DNA of 63,807 nt, filler included, from an uncultured Acidimicrobiia bacterium (GCA_964347285.1; 3 parts of 3 records of this genome joined end to end with filler, not necessarily neighbours in it); one strand, 5' to 3'; positions 1 through 9,982 are shown, counted from the whole stretch's first letter. Notes: generated from the letters alone by a model not told the origin. Program-made: numbers and translations.

Positions 1-267
1 CCTGCAACGCTACGGGACCAACCCCCGCAACGCTCCCCTAAGACCTATCAGGCACACTCTCTCGCCACCAAGTCCACCTGCGTGCCGGCGCGGCCCTCCG
101 GTCGAGCTGTCGGGGGTCGTTCGGCTCTATCCAGCACGAGGCCGGGCACGTACGTTGGGCAGGAGTGCCCGAAAAGCCATCGATCAACGCAATCGCACGC
201 CACCGGTGCGGGCCACCGATGTCTTCGAGATCGACGTGCCGGTGGGTGAGGGCGAGGAGGTGCAGGC

Positions 268-1266
268 ATGAAGAATCATCGCGTCGTCGTACTGGAGCGC
301 GGCGGTCCGGACGTGCTGGCGGTGATAGAAGAGGATCTCCCCGAACCCCGTTCCGGAGAGGTCCGGGTGAAGGTGCTGACCGCCGGGGTCTCCGCCTTCG
401 ATCTGATGGTCCGCTCACGGCGGTTCCCGGGGTTTCCCCGCCCGCCGTTCACGCCGGGGTGTGACGTCGTCGGCGTGGTGGAGGAGGTGGGCGAGGGCGT
501 GTCGACGGTCCGGCCGGGGCAGACGGTTGCCGGCGGCCCCTTCTTGACGGGCGGGTACACGGAGTTCATCTGCCTGCCCGCCGCCGAGGTGGTGCCCGTT
601 CCCCAGGGCGTGGATCCCGGCGAGGCCGTTTGCCTGGTGGCGAACTACGTCACCGCCTACCTGGAGATGCACCAAGTGGCCCGCGTGAAGAGCGGCGAGC
701 GCATCCTGATCCACGGGGCGGCGGGAGGCGTGGGGACCGCCCTGCTCGAGCTCGGCCGGCTGGCCGGGCTGGAGATGTACGGCACGGCGTCCCGACACAA
801 CCACGAACTGGTGTCCGCACTCGGGGCCACACCGATCGACTACCGCACGGAAGACTTCGTCGCCCGCATCCGCAGCCTCACCGGTGACGGGGTAGATGTG
901 GTGTTCGACCCCATCGGCGGCGCACGGCAGCTGTGGCGCTCGTACCGGACCCTGCGCAAGGGAGGGCGGCTGGTGTGGTTCGGGGTGGCGGCCTCGTCCA
1001 GGGCCGGGATCAAGGTCATTCCCCTCAGCCTGCTGACACGGCTCTTCCTCGCTCTCATTCCCGATGGCAAGCGGGCCCCGCTGACTCCCAATGCCGGCAA
1101 GGGGCCGCAGACGGAAACGCTGGCGGAGCTCCTCGATCTGCTGGCCGCCGGCAAGATCAAGCCGGTGGTGGCCGAACGCATTCCGCTGCTCGAGGCCGCC
1201 CGCGCTCACGAGCTGCTGGAGCGCGGCGGACACGCTGGGAAGGTGGTGTTGGGAGCGAGCGGATAG
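268..1266 (+). CDS. Medium-chain dehydrogenase/reductase (MDR) family, NADPH:quinone oxidoreductase-like
   Basis: GroES-like N-terminus (PFTPGCDVVGVVEEVGEGV), Rossmann motif ILIHGAAGGVG, C-terminal GKVVL; AGGAGG SD upstream. Confidence 0.9.
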   Translation: MKNHRVVVLERGGPDVLAVIEEDLPEPRSGEVRVKVLTAGVSAFDLMVRSRRFPGFPRPPFTPGCDVVGVVEEVGEGVSTVRPGQTVAGGPFLTGGYTEFICLPAAEVVPVPQGVDPGEAVCLVANYVTAYLEMHQVARVKSGERILIHGAAGGVGTALLELGRLAGLEMYGTASRHNHELVSALGATPIDYRTEDFVARIRSLTGDGVDVVFDPIGGARQLWRSYRTLRKGGRLVWFGVAASSRAGIKVIPLSLLTRLFLALIPDGKRAPLTPNAGKGPQTETLAELLDLLAAGKIKPVVAERIPLLEAARAHELLERGGHAGKVVLGASG

Positions 1267-1325
1267 TCGGGGCCTTCCGTCGTGTGACAACCGGCCCTAT
1301 TACGACGGGGGACCGGGATGGGACG

Positions 1326-1943
1326 ATGGAGCATCTGATGGCCGTCAAACGCTTCGTTCTGCTCGCGTCGATCACGCTTTTGCTCTCGGGATGCGGCGGT
1401 GGCGAGATGTCGCTGACCGAGTACGTCGATCGCGTCGACGCGATCATGCGCCGGGCCCTGCAGCGGTACGAGGTGCTCATCGCCGGCCCGCAGGGGGAGG
1501 TGCTGGTTGCCGAAGGGGCGCAGCTGGCCGACTTCACTCCGCAGGACCTCGGGGCGGCTCTCGAACGACTGGGGGAGATTCAGACCGAGGCCCTGGAGGC
1601 CGCCGCCGCCATCGAGCCCCCCGAGGACATCGCCGATCTCCACACGCTCTTCTTCAGGAGCCTTCCGATCGAGGAGCTGGCCGTTCGGGCGAGCACCGCC
1701 GCGGATTGGGAGGAGCTTTCCGAGAGTCCGGAGATGATGGCCTACCGGGCTGCTCTCGTGGCCGACGAGCAGGTGTGCAACGACTTCCAGGCCGAACTCG
1801 ATGCCACCGCCGAGCGCGGCGTCTTCGCCGCCACCCCCTGGATGCCGGGTGAGCTGGAGGAGATCGTCGACTATGCACTCGGCTGCGGCACGCTCCTCGA
1901 GTATCCCGAGGACGTGTACCGCCCGCCGCCGACCACCCCATAG
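1326..1943 (+). CDS. Hypothetical lipoprotein
   Basis: Signal peptide with lipobox (KRFVLLASITLLLSGC) followed by an acidic helical domain; start ATG 1326 or 1338. Confidence 0.75.
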   Translation: MEHLMAVKRFVLLASITLLLSGCGGGEMSLTEYVDRVDAIMRRALQRYEVLIAGPQGEVLVAEGAQLADFTPQDLGAALERLGEIQTEALEAAAAIEPPEDIADLHTLFFRSLPIEELAVRASTAADWEELSESPEMMAYRAALVADEQVCNDFQAELDATAERGVFAATPWMPGELEEIVDYALGCGTLLEYPEDVYRPPPTTP

Positions 1944-2077
1944 AGCCGCGGCATCTCAGCGCTCCCTTCGGTTCCTGCCCGGCAGCCGTGGAGTTCGTGG
2001 CTCGGGCCGCCGAACCTGTCTGCGGCGGGGGCCCGCGGACTTCCGTGCCGGGTCGGATGGTTTCCGCCGGTGCCGCC

Positions 2078-2830
2078 CTAGGAAGAATGGGTGGCCGCTC
2101 CTCGCGCTTCTGCCACGATTGCGAGCACAGGCGCGACGTGCGCCTGCGTATCGATGCACCACGGCGCGACCGTTTCCCCTCGACCCACTTTGATCGCCAC
2201 GTCACGAGCTCCGAGTGCGGAGAAGCCGGCTTCGTCCGTTACGTCGTCACCGAGGAAAACCACTGCCTCGGAATCGAGCCGCTGCCGGAGCCGGTCCAGA
2301 GCCACTCCCTTTCCGGCCGGCCCGAACAGCAATTCCACCACCATCTTTCCTTCGATGATCCCGGCGCCGGCTCGTCTTCCTGCGGCCCCGGCAGCGGCGG
2401 CAGCCACCGGTGGGTTCGCACAGTGACGAACGTGGAACGCGGCTCCGAGTGGTTTGGCCTCGACCACACTGCCGGGATACGACTCGGCGATGTCTTGCAA
2501 CGTCGTCGTCAGTTTTGACACCGCTCGTTGCACCTCGGGATCGACATCCAGGTCCGCCTCCTCTGCGCCGTGCGAGCCGATCAGCACAACACCCGGAGGC
2601 CATCCTGTGAGACGGCCGAGCACTGGTCGCGACCGGCCGGAGATGACGGCGGCGTGCGTGCGAGGCAGCGCTGCGATCGCCATCAGGGCATCGACCGCCT
2701 CGCGGTCCGCCAAAGCGGCTTCCGGATCCGGCACGATCGGCGAGAGCGTACCGTCGAAGTCACTGGCCACCAGAAGAACCCGAGCCTTTGCGACCTCGTG
2801 CAGGGCGCGGCGAAGGTCGGGCTCGATCAT
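2078..2830 (-). CDS. otsB: Trehalose-6-phosphate phosphatase
   Basis: HAD motif I DFDGTL, ISGR, GSHGAE, FLGDDVTDE; start overlaps the otsA stop (TGATG). Confidence 0.93.
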   Translation of the reverse strand: MIEPDLRRALHEVAKARVLLVASDFDGTLSPIVPDPEAALADREAVDALMAIAALPRTHAAVISGRSRPVLGRLTGWPPGVVLIGSHGAEEADLDVDPEVQRAVSKLTTTLQDIAESYPGSVVEAKPLGAAFHVRHCANPPVAAAAAGAAGRRAGAGIIEGKMVVELLFGPAGKGVALDRLRQRLDSEAVVFLGDDVTDEAGFSALGARDVAIKVGRGETVAPWCIDTQAHVAPVLAIVAEARGAATHSS

Positions 2831-4266
2831 CAGCGATCGAGCAGTGCGAGACACCCCTCGGCCCAGTCGAATACCGTTTCCCGGCGTACGGTCCGAATGA
2901 GCCTCTTCATCCTGCTCTCGACCTCGGCGGCCGGCATATCGATCGCCGCCTCCAGGGCCGCGGCCACGCCGTCTACGTCGTGGGGGTTGACGATGAGTGC
3001 TGTACGGAGTTGTTCGGCCGCGCCGGCGAACTCGCTGAGCACGAGAACGCCTGTGGGCTCGCAGCGCGAGGCGACGTACTCCTTGGCGACCAAGTTCATC
3101 CCATCTCTGAGCGGCGTCACCAGCATGATGTCGGCCGCGACGTAATAGGCAATCAGCTCCTCCAGATCAAAGCTTCGATACAGGTACGAGACCGGGACCC
3201 ATCCGACCTCTCCATGGTCGCCGTTGACCCGACCGACGAGTTGTTCGATGGTGCGGCGCAGTTCCTGATAGACGGGGACATGTTCCCGGCTGGGCACCGC
3301 GATCTGGACGAACGTGCACCGCTCTTCACAACCACGACGGTCCAGCAACGAGGCAAACGCTTTGAGCCGGAGATCAATGCCCTTCGTGTAGTCGAGGCGA
3401 TCGACGCCAAGGATGATCCGACTGGAGTTGCCCAGCTCGTGACGGAGCTGAGCGGCACGGCGCTGCACGGACTCAGATCTCGCCAGTCGTTCGAAGTGGG
3501 GGGTGTCGATGGCAATAGGGGCCCGTTGCAGCCTGATACGACGACCACGCCAGCGCAGCTCGTAGCGGGAAACCGGTGTGGCATCGCCGTAGCGCTGGGC
3601 GGCCTTGGCGAAGTTGGCCACACTGGCGCGCGTCTGAAACGCCAGCACATCGGCTCCCAGCAGGCCTTCGATGATCTGGGCGCGCCACGGAAGCCGCGAA
3701 AAGAGCTCTATCGGGGGAAACGGGATGTGGAGGTAGAAGCCGATGGTGACGTCATCGCGCAGGGTCCGAAGCATGCCGGGGACGAGCTGCAACTGGTAAT
3801 CCTGCACCCAGGCAATGTCGCCTGTGAAGAGGCATTCGGCAGCTGCACGGGCATAGCGATCGTTTACGTTCCGGTACGGGTACCAGAAGCGGCGGTGGTA
3901 GGCGGGAGGTGCCAGTGCATCGTGGTAGAGCGGCCACAAGGTGCCGTTGCAGAACCCGTAGTAGAAGCCGGCGACCTCTTGCTCGCTCAGGGCGAGTGGC
4001 CGCTGCTCGATCCCGCCGTACTCGAACGGTTCGGGAGCGAAGTCGGCGATACCCGGCCACCCCACCCACGCCCCTTTGGCGTCCTGCAGGATGGGGCCGA
4101 GGGCACGTACCAGCCCGCCCGGGCTAGTCGTCCATTTGTCCCCGGTCCAGGAGACCGGAAGCCGATTGGCAACAACCACGATCCGTTTGACGCTGACCTC
4201 CCCCGTGCCCCCCCGACCATAATCCCTTGCTGCAGCTCGGCGAAAAGCTCGAGCAATTGCCACCAT
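2830..4266 (-). CDS. otsA: Trehalose-6-phosphate synthase (GT20)
   Basis: ANRLP, SPGGLV, LWPLYH, GVDRLDYTKG, DGMNLVAKEY, LSEFAGAA motifs; start uncertain (ATG 4266, GTG 4179). Confidence 0.93.
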   Translation of the reverse strand: MVAIARAFRRAAARDYGRGGTGEVSVKRIVVVANRLPVSWTGDKWTTSPGGLVRALGPILQDAKGAWVGWPGIADFAPEPFEYGGIEQRPLALSEQEVAGFYYGFCNGTLWPLYHDALAPPAYHRRFWYPYRNVNDRYARAAAECLFTGDIAWVQDYQLQLVPGMLRTLRDDVTIGFYLHIPFPPIELFSRLPWRAQIIEGLLGADVLAFQTRASVANFAKAAQRYGDATPVSRYELRWRGRRIRLQRAPIAIDTPHFERLARSESVQRRAAQLRHELGNSSRIILGVDRLDYTKGIDLRLKAFASLLDRRGCEERCTFVQIAVPSREHVPVYQELRRTIEQLVGRVNGDHGEVGWVPVSYLYRSFDLEELIAYYVAADIMLVTPLRDGMNLVAKEYVASRCEPTGVLVLSEFAGAAEQLRTALIVNPHDVDGVAAALEAAIDMPAAEVESRMKRLIRTVRRETVFDWAEGCLALLDR

Positions 4267-4379
4267 CACCGCATCTTCAGATTGCAATTGCGGGGTCAGA
4301 TGGCCATGGGGGTCTATCGGCCCTTTCCCCGTCCGGGGTCGATCACGTACCGTCGCAGCACGCGGCCGAGGAGGACCCG

Positions 4380-5357
4380 ATGAAGGCAGTCGTCTACCGC
4401 GAGTACGGCACACCCGATGTTCTCGAGCTCGCCGATCTCGAGAGGCCCGCCCTCGAGGACGACGAAGTGCTGGTGCGCATTCGGGCTGCGGCCGTCAACC
4501 CGGGCGACTGGGACGTGCTGCGCGGCATGCCGTACGTGCTCCGTCCCACGACCGGGCTCCGCAAACCGAAGAACCAGGTCCTGGGACTGGCCGTGGCCGG
4601 AGAGGTCGACGCGGTCGGCAGCGCAGTGTCGAGCTTCCAACCCGGCGACGAGGTGTACGCCGAAACTCGCTATGGAGGCTTCGCCGAATACGCCGGCGTC
4701 TCGGAGGACGCAGTGGCGCCGAGGCCGTCCAACCTGACGTTCGAGCAGGCGGCGGCCGTCCCGGTGGTGGGCACCACCGCTCTGCAGGCTCTGCGCGACG
4801 TAGGCCGGGTTCGGCCGGGGCAGCAGGTGCTGATCAACGGGGCGTCGGGAGGGGTGGGGACGTTCGCCGTGCAGATCGCCAAGTCGTTCGGGGCAGAGGT
4901 GACCGGCGTGTGCAGCACCACCAACGTCGACCTGGTCCGATCGATCGGCGCCGACCACGTCGTCGACTACACCCGGGAGGACTTCGCCGCCGGCGGGTCC
5001 CGCTACGACCTGATCCTCGACAACGTGGGGAACCGATCGTTGTCCCATTACCGGCGAGCCCTCGCCCGGCGAGGCATGCTCATACCCAACAGCAACAAGG
5101 GCGGCGGTCGGTGGATCGGCGGCTTCCTGGCTCGGGCCGTCGGGGCGCTGGTGGTGTCTCCGTTCGTGTCCCAGAAGCTCCGCCCGTTCGCCGCCAAGGA
5201 GAAGAGCGAGGACCTGGTGGCGATGAAGGAGCTCATCGAGGCCGGCGAGGTCACCCCGGTCATCGACCGCACCTACCCGCTGAGCGAAACCCCTGCGGCC
5301 CTCGCCTACTACGGAGAGGGGCACGCTCGGGGAAAGGTCGTCATCAGCGTCTCCTAG
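4380..5357 (+). CDS. NAD(P)-dependent MDR-family oxidoreductase
   Basis: MKAVVYREYG start after GAGGAG, VLINGASGGVG, C-terminal GHARGKVVI. Confidence 0.9.
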   Translation: MKAVVYREYGTPDVLELADLERPALEDDEVLVRIRAAAVNPGDWDVLRGMPYVLRPTTGLRKPKNQVLGLAVAGEVDAVGSAVSSFQPGDEVYAETRYGGFAEYAGVSEDAVAPRPSNLTFEQAAAVPVVGTTALQALRDVGRVRPGQQVLINGASGGVGTFAVQIAKSFGAEVTGVCSTTNVDLVRSIGADHVVDYTREDFAAGGSRYDLILDNVGNRSLSHYRRALARRGMLIPNSNKGGGRWIGGFLARAVGALVVSPFVSQKLRPFAAKEKSEDLVAMKELIEAGEVTPVIDRTYPLSETPAALAYYGEGHARGKVVISVS

Positions 5358-5359
5358 CG

Positions 5360-5374
5360 CTCCCCGGAGGGGAG
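5360..5374. repeat. Solo mini-hairpin of the REP-like family
   Basis: CTCCCC-GGA-GGGGAG, the core hairpin of the larger repeat clusters, right after a stop codon. Confidence 0.5.
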
Positions 5375-5498
5375 TGGAGCGGCATCCGGTTGCTTGGTCA
5401 CTTCCACATCGCGAGTGACGATCCTCGGCCCGGGGGCGACCCATAGCTCGCACGTACACTGGATCGAGAGTCACCCGGCCCGCAAGGAGGTGGCGTTG

Positions 5499-5996
5499 AT
5501 GAGAAGAATCGCAATGCTCGTGGGGGCGGTGTTCGTGGCACTGCTGTCCCTGTGGGTCGCCCTTGTTCTTGCGATGCGAGGGAAGTCCGCGCCGGTGCTC
5601 GACGTCGTCCGCCGGTTCGCCCGCGACGTCGTCAACCCGCGCCTGCTCAAATCGGCCGGCACTCCGGGCGCGTACGCATCGGTGATCCGACATGAAGGCC
5701 GGACGACGGGCCGAGCCTACGAGACCCCGGTTCAGGCGGTGCCCACCGACGACGGGTTCGCGATCGCGCTCCCATATGGATCAGGCACGGATTGGCTCAA
5801 GAACGTGCTGGCGAGCGGTTCGGCCACCATCGTCAACGAGGGGCGCACCTACTCGGTCGACCGGCCGGAGGTTCTTCCGATCGAAGCGGCCGCGGCCGAT
5901 TTCCCGCCCCAGGACCAGCGCAGCCACCGCCTGTTCGGCGTCGAGGAGTGTCTCCGCGTTCGGCGGGTTGCCGCCGAAGAGGCCGCAGCTCTCTGA
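5499..5996 (+). CDS. Deazaflavin (F420)-dependent nitroreductase-like / split-barrel protein
   Basis: HEGRTTGRAYETPV and YGSGTDWLKNVLASG resemble the GRxSG...TP and WxxN motifs of Ddn-like proteins; N-terminal TM segment; AAGGAGG SD. Confidence 0.75.
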   Translation: MRRIAMLVGAVFVALLSLWVALVLAMRGKSAPVLDVVRRFARDVVNPRLLKSAGTPGAYASVIRHEGRTTGRAYETPVQAVPTDDGFAIALPYGSGTDWLKNVLASGSATIVNEGRTYSVDRPEVLPIEAAAADFPPQDQRSHRLFGVEECLRVRRVAAEEAAAL

Positions 5997-6209
5997 CACG
6001 GCGGCACCGGGGGACGAGCGCGGTTCGGGCGATCTGGCGTCACCGGCTCGACCCGCTCGAGGTGGGCGATGGCGGCACCGGGGCTGTCGAGCGCGAACCG
6101 AGTGGCTAGATTCGGCCGTCGAGGAGTCGTTGCGGCTCGCCGAGGGCAAGAGGTTCACAGGAATTGGTACCGCTCGGTGCTGGGCGGGACGACAGAGAGA
6201 GAGGTGGAC

Positions 6210-6470
6210 ATGACCACGCTGATGGCGTTCCACGAGGTCGACGACGTCGATCACTGGCTCAGCTCGCCGCGGCGCAGTGAGATCTTCGGACCGATGGGGA
6301 TCACGGTGCGGACCTTCACCGATCCGGAAGGTTCGAACCGGACCGGGGTGCTGCTGGAGGTCCCCGACATGGCGGCGTTCCAAGAGGTGATGGAGTCCGA
6401 GGCTGCCGCCGAAGCGATGGAGTTCGACGGGGTCCGGCCCGAAACGCTGCTGCTGCTCGTCGAGGCGTAG
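6210..6470 (+). CDS. Small dimeric alpha-beta barrel (ABM-like) protein
   Basis: HEVDDVDHW...DPEGSN...AMEFDGV pattern; GAGG SD; resembles each half of 19883-20485. Confidence 0.7.
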   Translation: MTTLMAFHEVDDVDHWLSSPRRSEIFGPMGITVRTFTDPEGSNRTGVLLEVPDMAAFQEVMESEAAAEAMEFDGVRPETLLLLVEA

Positions 6471-6635
6471 CCGGCCCGGCGGGTTGCGGGCGCAGATGGG
6501 CGTCTCGGGTGACGGTGCCCGACTCGGGATGTGGCCGTCCGGCCCGTCTTGGCCGAAGCTTCACCTACCGAACGCGATGGTATGGAACATTTTCTCACGC
6601 GGCGGCTGGGACACCTCTCTGAATAGGTCGGACAA

Positions 6636-7169
6636 ATGAGCCAACAGCAGGGCCCGGCGGTCAACCGAGAGGTCCAGATCGCGGTCGAGGACCCCTCGAG
6701 CGCCGACGCCCAGTTCTGCATAGACGAATACTTCGCAGAGCTCGACGTCCGCTTCGAAACCGGTTTCGACCCGGCGCGCAGCATCTCGGCCGACGTGGAT
6801 GAGCTCACCGAGCCCGCCGGTCTGCTGCTGGTCGCCCGGCTGCGGGAGGTACCCGTCGGATGCGGTGCGCTCAAGTTCCACCATGACGGGCCGGCCGAGA
6901 TCAAGCGGATGTGGGTGTCCCCCTCCGTCCGGGGAATCGGACTGGGCCGGCGGCTGCTCGCCGAGCTCGAGTCTCGGGCCGCCGACCGGGGCGTCGGCGT
7001 GGTCCGCCTGGAGACCAACCGGTCCCTGATCGAAGCCATCGCCCTGTACCGGTCGGCCGGCTACCAAGAAGTCGATGCCTTCAACGACGAACCCTTCGCC
7101 CATCATTGGTTCGAGAAGCGGCTCGACTCCCCGCCATCGGAACCGAGAAAGGAGGATGTCGATGAGTGA
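6636..7169 (+). CDS. GNAT family N-acetyltransferase
   Basis: AEIKRMWVSPSVRGIGLGRRLL acetyl-CoA motif, RLETN, AIALYRSAGY. Confidence 0.9.
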   Translation: MSQQQGPAVNREVQIAVEDPSSADAQFCIDEYFAELDVRFETGFDPARSISADVDELTEPAGLLLVARLREVPVGCGALKFHHDGPAEIKRMWVSPSVRGIGLGRRLLAELESRAADRGVGVVRLETNRSLIEAIALYRSAGYQEVDAFNDEPFAHHWFEKRLDSPPSEPRKEDVDE

Positions 7170-7635
7170 GGTGTCCGGACTACATCCGGGCCTCGAGCAG
7201 CTGGCCTTTCTCCTCGGGACCTGGCGGGGCGAGGGCGACGGTCGGTTTCACACTGTTGGATCCTTTCGCTTCGAAGAAGAGATCCGGTTTTCGCACCGGG
7301 GGGGGCCCTGGCTTGTCTACGAACAGCGAGCGTGGTCGCCGGAAGACGGATCACCTCTGCACACCGAGATGGGTTTCTGGCGCATGATCGACTCAGAGCT
7401 CATCAACGCCTACGTGTCCTTGACCGCCGGCTCCGATTTCTCGGAGGGGAGGTTGGAAGGGACGTCCATCTCGCTCGAGGCGAAGGCGGCGCCGATGGCC
7501 GAGGGGATCGAGCGGGTCACCCGGCTCAGACGTAGCTATCGGGTCGACGGCGACCTACTCCGCTACGAGATCTGGCTTGGCACCGACCAGCAGCCCTTTC
7601 AGAGTCATGTCAGCGCCCGACTGAACCGGGCCTGA
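7162..7635 (+). CDS. FABP-like / nitrobindin (DUF1794) protein
   Basis: LAFLLGTWRGEG, PLHTEMGFWR, C-terminal His (SHVSARL) at the heme-ligand position. Confidence 0.85.
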   Translation: MSEVSGLHPGLEQLAFLLGTWRGEGDGRFHTVGSFRFEEEIRFSHRGGPWLVYEQRAWSPEDGSPLHTEMGFWRMIDSELINAYVSLTAGSDFSEGRLEGTSISLEAKAAPMAEGIERVTRLRRSYRVDGDLLRYEIWLGTDQQPFQSHVSARLNRA

Positions 7636-7639
7636 TCCT

Positions 7640-7932
7640 TCCCTCCAATGCTCCCTTTGCTCGCTGGGGGACCGAGCTCGCTTCGCTTGCTGGGGGGAGA
7701 AACAAGCGCGTTTCCTCCCCCGGAGGGGAGGTGCCTCGAAGAGGCGGAGGGGGCGCGTCCTGGCGGCGCGAAGGCCCCCCTCCCGGCTTCGCCGGACTCC
7801 CCCCAACGCTCGCTTCGCTCGCTGGGGGGAGAAACGGGTCGACCTGCGGTACTTCCCCCCAACGCTCGCTTCGATCGCTAGGGAAAACGAGCTCCCTCCG
7901 TTCGCTGGGGGGAGAAACAGGGCGGAGGGGGC
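7640..7932. repeat. REP-like palindromic repeat cluster 1
   Basis: Modules TTTCCTCCCCCGGAGGGGAGGTGCCTCGAAGAGGCGGAGGGGG and CCCCTCCCGGCTTCGCCGGACTCCCCCCAACGCTCGCTTCGCTCGCTGGGGGGAGAAAC, recurring at 14775, 17538 and 19040-19860. Confidence 0.9.
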
Positions 7933-7969
7933 GCGGCCGTCGTGCGCGGAAACCCCTAGTTCGGACGAC

Positions 7970-8623
7970 TCACACCGACACCTTCTCCTCTAAGTGTGGG
8001 TGCTCGACGGGCACCACTGGCTCGGTCGGTGCGAGCATGAACCCGGCGAACGCACGCCATGCCCGGGCGACCCAGTTGTTGAGGTGCAGCAGGATGAAGC
8101 CGGCGAGGAGAACGCCGCCGGCCGCCAGGAACGACTCGCCCAGGGTGTCGACCACCCAGAACGAAGACGGCCAGTTGTCCCTCGGGATCCACCACTCCAT
8201 GACGTAGAAGAGCGGGGTGGCGATCAGCGCGAAGGAGGCCGCGGCCGTGACCACCAGCGTGAAACCGATGATTCCGAAGAGGAACTCTGCGAAGAGGTAT
8301 GCCACCCCCTTCCAGGTCTCGGAGCTACGCAGCAGCGCCTTCACCTTCTCCCGCAGGCCTCCGGTGACGCCCAGGCGGTGGGCCGGGGGCGTGTTCTGGT
8401 CGAGCATCAGGTTGGTCAGCCCCCGTTCGAACTCGCCCAGGCCGTAGGCGGCCGCCAGCATGCCCACCAGGATCGGGATTCCCACCACGGTGATCAGCAA
8501 GCCGAAGCCGAGCGACAGACCGGTCACCAGGAACACGAAGTAGAAGATCCCCAGCGGAAAGGCCAACAGGAGATATCCGGCATTCCGCCACGTCTGCGCT
8601 CTGACGATCACGTCGAAGAACAT
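7970..8623 (-). CDS. Putative sensor-domain (PF13796-like) membrane protein, probably 5'-truncated
   Basis: QTWRNAGYLLLAFPLGIFYFVFLVTGLSLG...VGIPIL...ER pattern with 4 TM segments; ATG abuts the istB fragment with no promoter or RBS space. Confidence 0.75.
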   Translation of the reverse strand: MFFDVIVRAQTWRNAGYLLLAFPLGIFYFVFLVTGLSLGFGLLITVVGIPILVGMLAAAYGLGEFERGLTNLMLDQNTPPAHRLGVTGGLREKVKALLRSSETWKGVAYLFAEFLFGIIGFTLVVTAAASFALIATPLFYVMEWWIPRDNWPSSFWVVDTLGESFLAAGGVLLAGFILLHLNNWVARAWRAFAGFMLAPTEPVVPVEHPHLEEKVSV

Positions 8624-9009
8624 TGGGCTATCGGGTGGCCTTCGCCACGGCCACCGAGTGGGTGCTGCACCTCTCCGAAGCCAAGAAGGCCGGCAGGCTG
8701 GCCGACGAGCTCACCCGCCTGGGGCGGATCCCCCTCCTCATCGTCGACGAAGTCGGATACATCCCCTTCGACCCCGAAGCCGCCTCGCGGTTCTTCTCGT
8801 TGGGGTCGTCCCGTTACGAGCGCAGCTCGCTGATCGTCTCCTCCAGCAAGAGCTTCTCCGCCTGGGCGGAGATCTTCGGCGACGCCGTGGCCGTGGCCGC
8901 CATGGTCGACCGGTTGGTCCACCACGCCGAAGTCATCGTCCTCAAAGGCGACAGCTACCGGCTCCGCGGCAAAGGCAAGGAGGTGATGGCCACCGAACAG
9001 ACCCGCTAG
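8623..9009 (+). pseudogene. istB: IS21-family helper ATPase IstB, C-terminal half only
   Basis: LLIVDEVGYIP (Walker B), RYERSSLIVSS, WAEIFGD, AMVDRLVHH, GDSYR; Walker A and N-terminus missing. Confidence 0.9.
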
Positions 9010-9062
9010 AACGCGCAGTTTTCAACCGGCGATTCCCGCGCAGTTTTCGACCAGCGTTGACA
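8623..9062 (+). mobile_element. Truncated IS21-family element (right end)
   Basis: istB fragment, two tandem repeats GCGCAGTTTTC(A/G)ACC(G/A)GCG, and terminal TTGACA at 9062 (IS21 ends in CA). Confidence 0.85.
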
Positions 9063-9384
9063 CCTTGGGGACTGCGGCTGCGAAACCATCTTCGTCTTGG
9101 GGCTCGAAGTAGATGCCCTGGCCGTTCGGAAATATCAGGTGAAACCTCTTTGACTCGACGCGCTTCACAGTCAGCGCCTCGATTGGAGAGGAGCCCCATC
9201 GATCTGTCGGCCCGTAGCCAAGCGACGCTTTCACGGCGTGGGTCAGGGTTCACGAATGTTCCTAGAGGAGTTCGAGTAGCGAGCGCAGGCGTGCCGTTCT
9301 CGAGCTCGAGCATTTGGCGAGATGCGTGATATCGCCCGTATTTGGCGATCTGTGTGGGCGTGGAGCAGCGGACGCCGGGTTCGA

Positions 9385-9417
9385 ACAGCCCCCACCGGCG
9401 GATGCGGTGGAGGCTGT
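9385..9417 (-). terminator. Hairpin downstream of 9443-9982, possible terminator
   Basis: ACAGCCCCCACCG...CGGTGGAGGCTGT inverted repeat; weak U-tract. Confidence 0.4.
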
Positions 9418-9442
9418 GCGATCGTTTCGAGTCGGTTGCTAA

Positions 9443-9982
9443 TTAGCCGTGCGGGTCGATGATGACTACCTGGGTGAACGTGAGCCCAAGAGGGTCACAT
9501 GGTGGAGGCGGAGGCGCGGGCGCACCTTCTGGGGGTGCCCCCAGGAGGGTCGTCTTTGCGATCTTCCCGGCGTCGTCGCCTACGCCCTTGCCGGAGGCAC
9601 GTCCGTTCGGGGAGTTGCCCCAGCTCCATGTGCCGTCGAAGTCGCCGATGATGTCGGCCCGCAGGCTGTAGGTGCCCCAGAACGAACCTTCGAACGTGGC
9701 TGCCTCCACGTTGACGTTAGCCACGGTGGTGTTGGTACCCACTTGTTGCCACACATCGTCGACCAGCACGTACTCCACAAGAGAGTTGACGACCCCGCGG
9801 GCATGCATCAGCTTGTCATCTTGACCGCTGAACCAGATCCTCGCCTCGCTGGTGTCGCTGCCGCACATCCACTCGAACGTCGTGTATTCCGTCTTCGCTG
9901 GCGCATCGGCCCCAGCCGGAACGGCGGTCGCCATCACCAGACCCACAACCGCCAACAGCACCAGCAGCACTGATCGTCTCAT
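9443..9982 (-). CDS. Secreted hypothetical beta-rich protein
   Basis: Sec signal peptide MRRSVLLVLLAVVGLVMATAVPAGA; GC3-biased codons; purine-rich SD. Confidence 0.75.
   Translation of the reverse strand: MRRSVLLVLLAVVGLVMATAVPAGADAPAKTEYTTFEWMCGSDTSEARIWFSGQDDKLMHARGVVNSLVEYVLVDDVWQQVGTNTTVANVNVEAATFEGSFWGTYSLRADIIGDFDGTWSWGNSPNGRASGKGVGDDAGKIAKTTLLGAPPEGAPAPPPPPCDPLGLTFTQVVIIDPHG

Noticed and set aside
7640..7932. Repeat clusters as a CRISPR array
   Set aside because: Units are degenerate, variably oriented and lack regular unique spacers; no cas genes in the window
9063..9330. Gene interrupted by the IS21 right end (ORF 9022-9234)
   Set aside because: Frame closes at 9252 and shows no recognisable motif; cannot be supported
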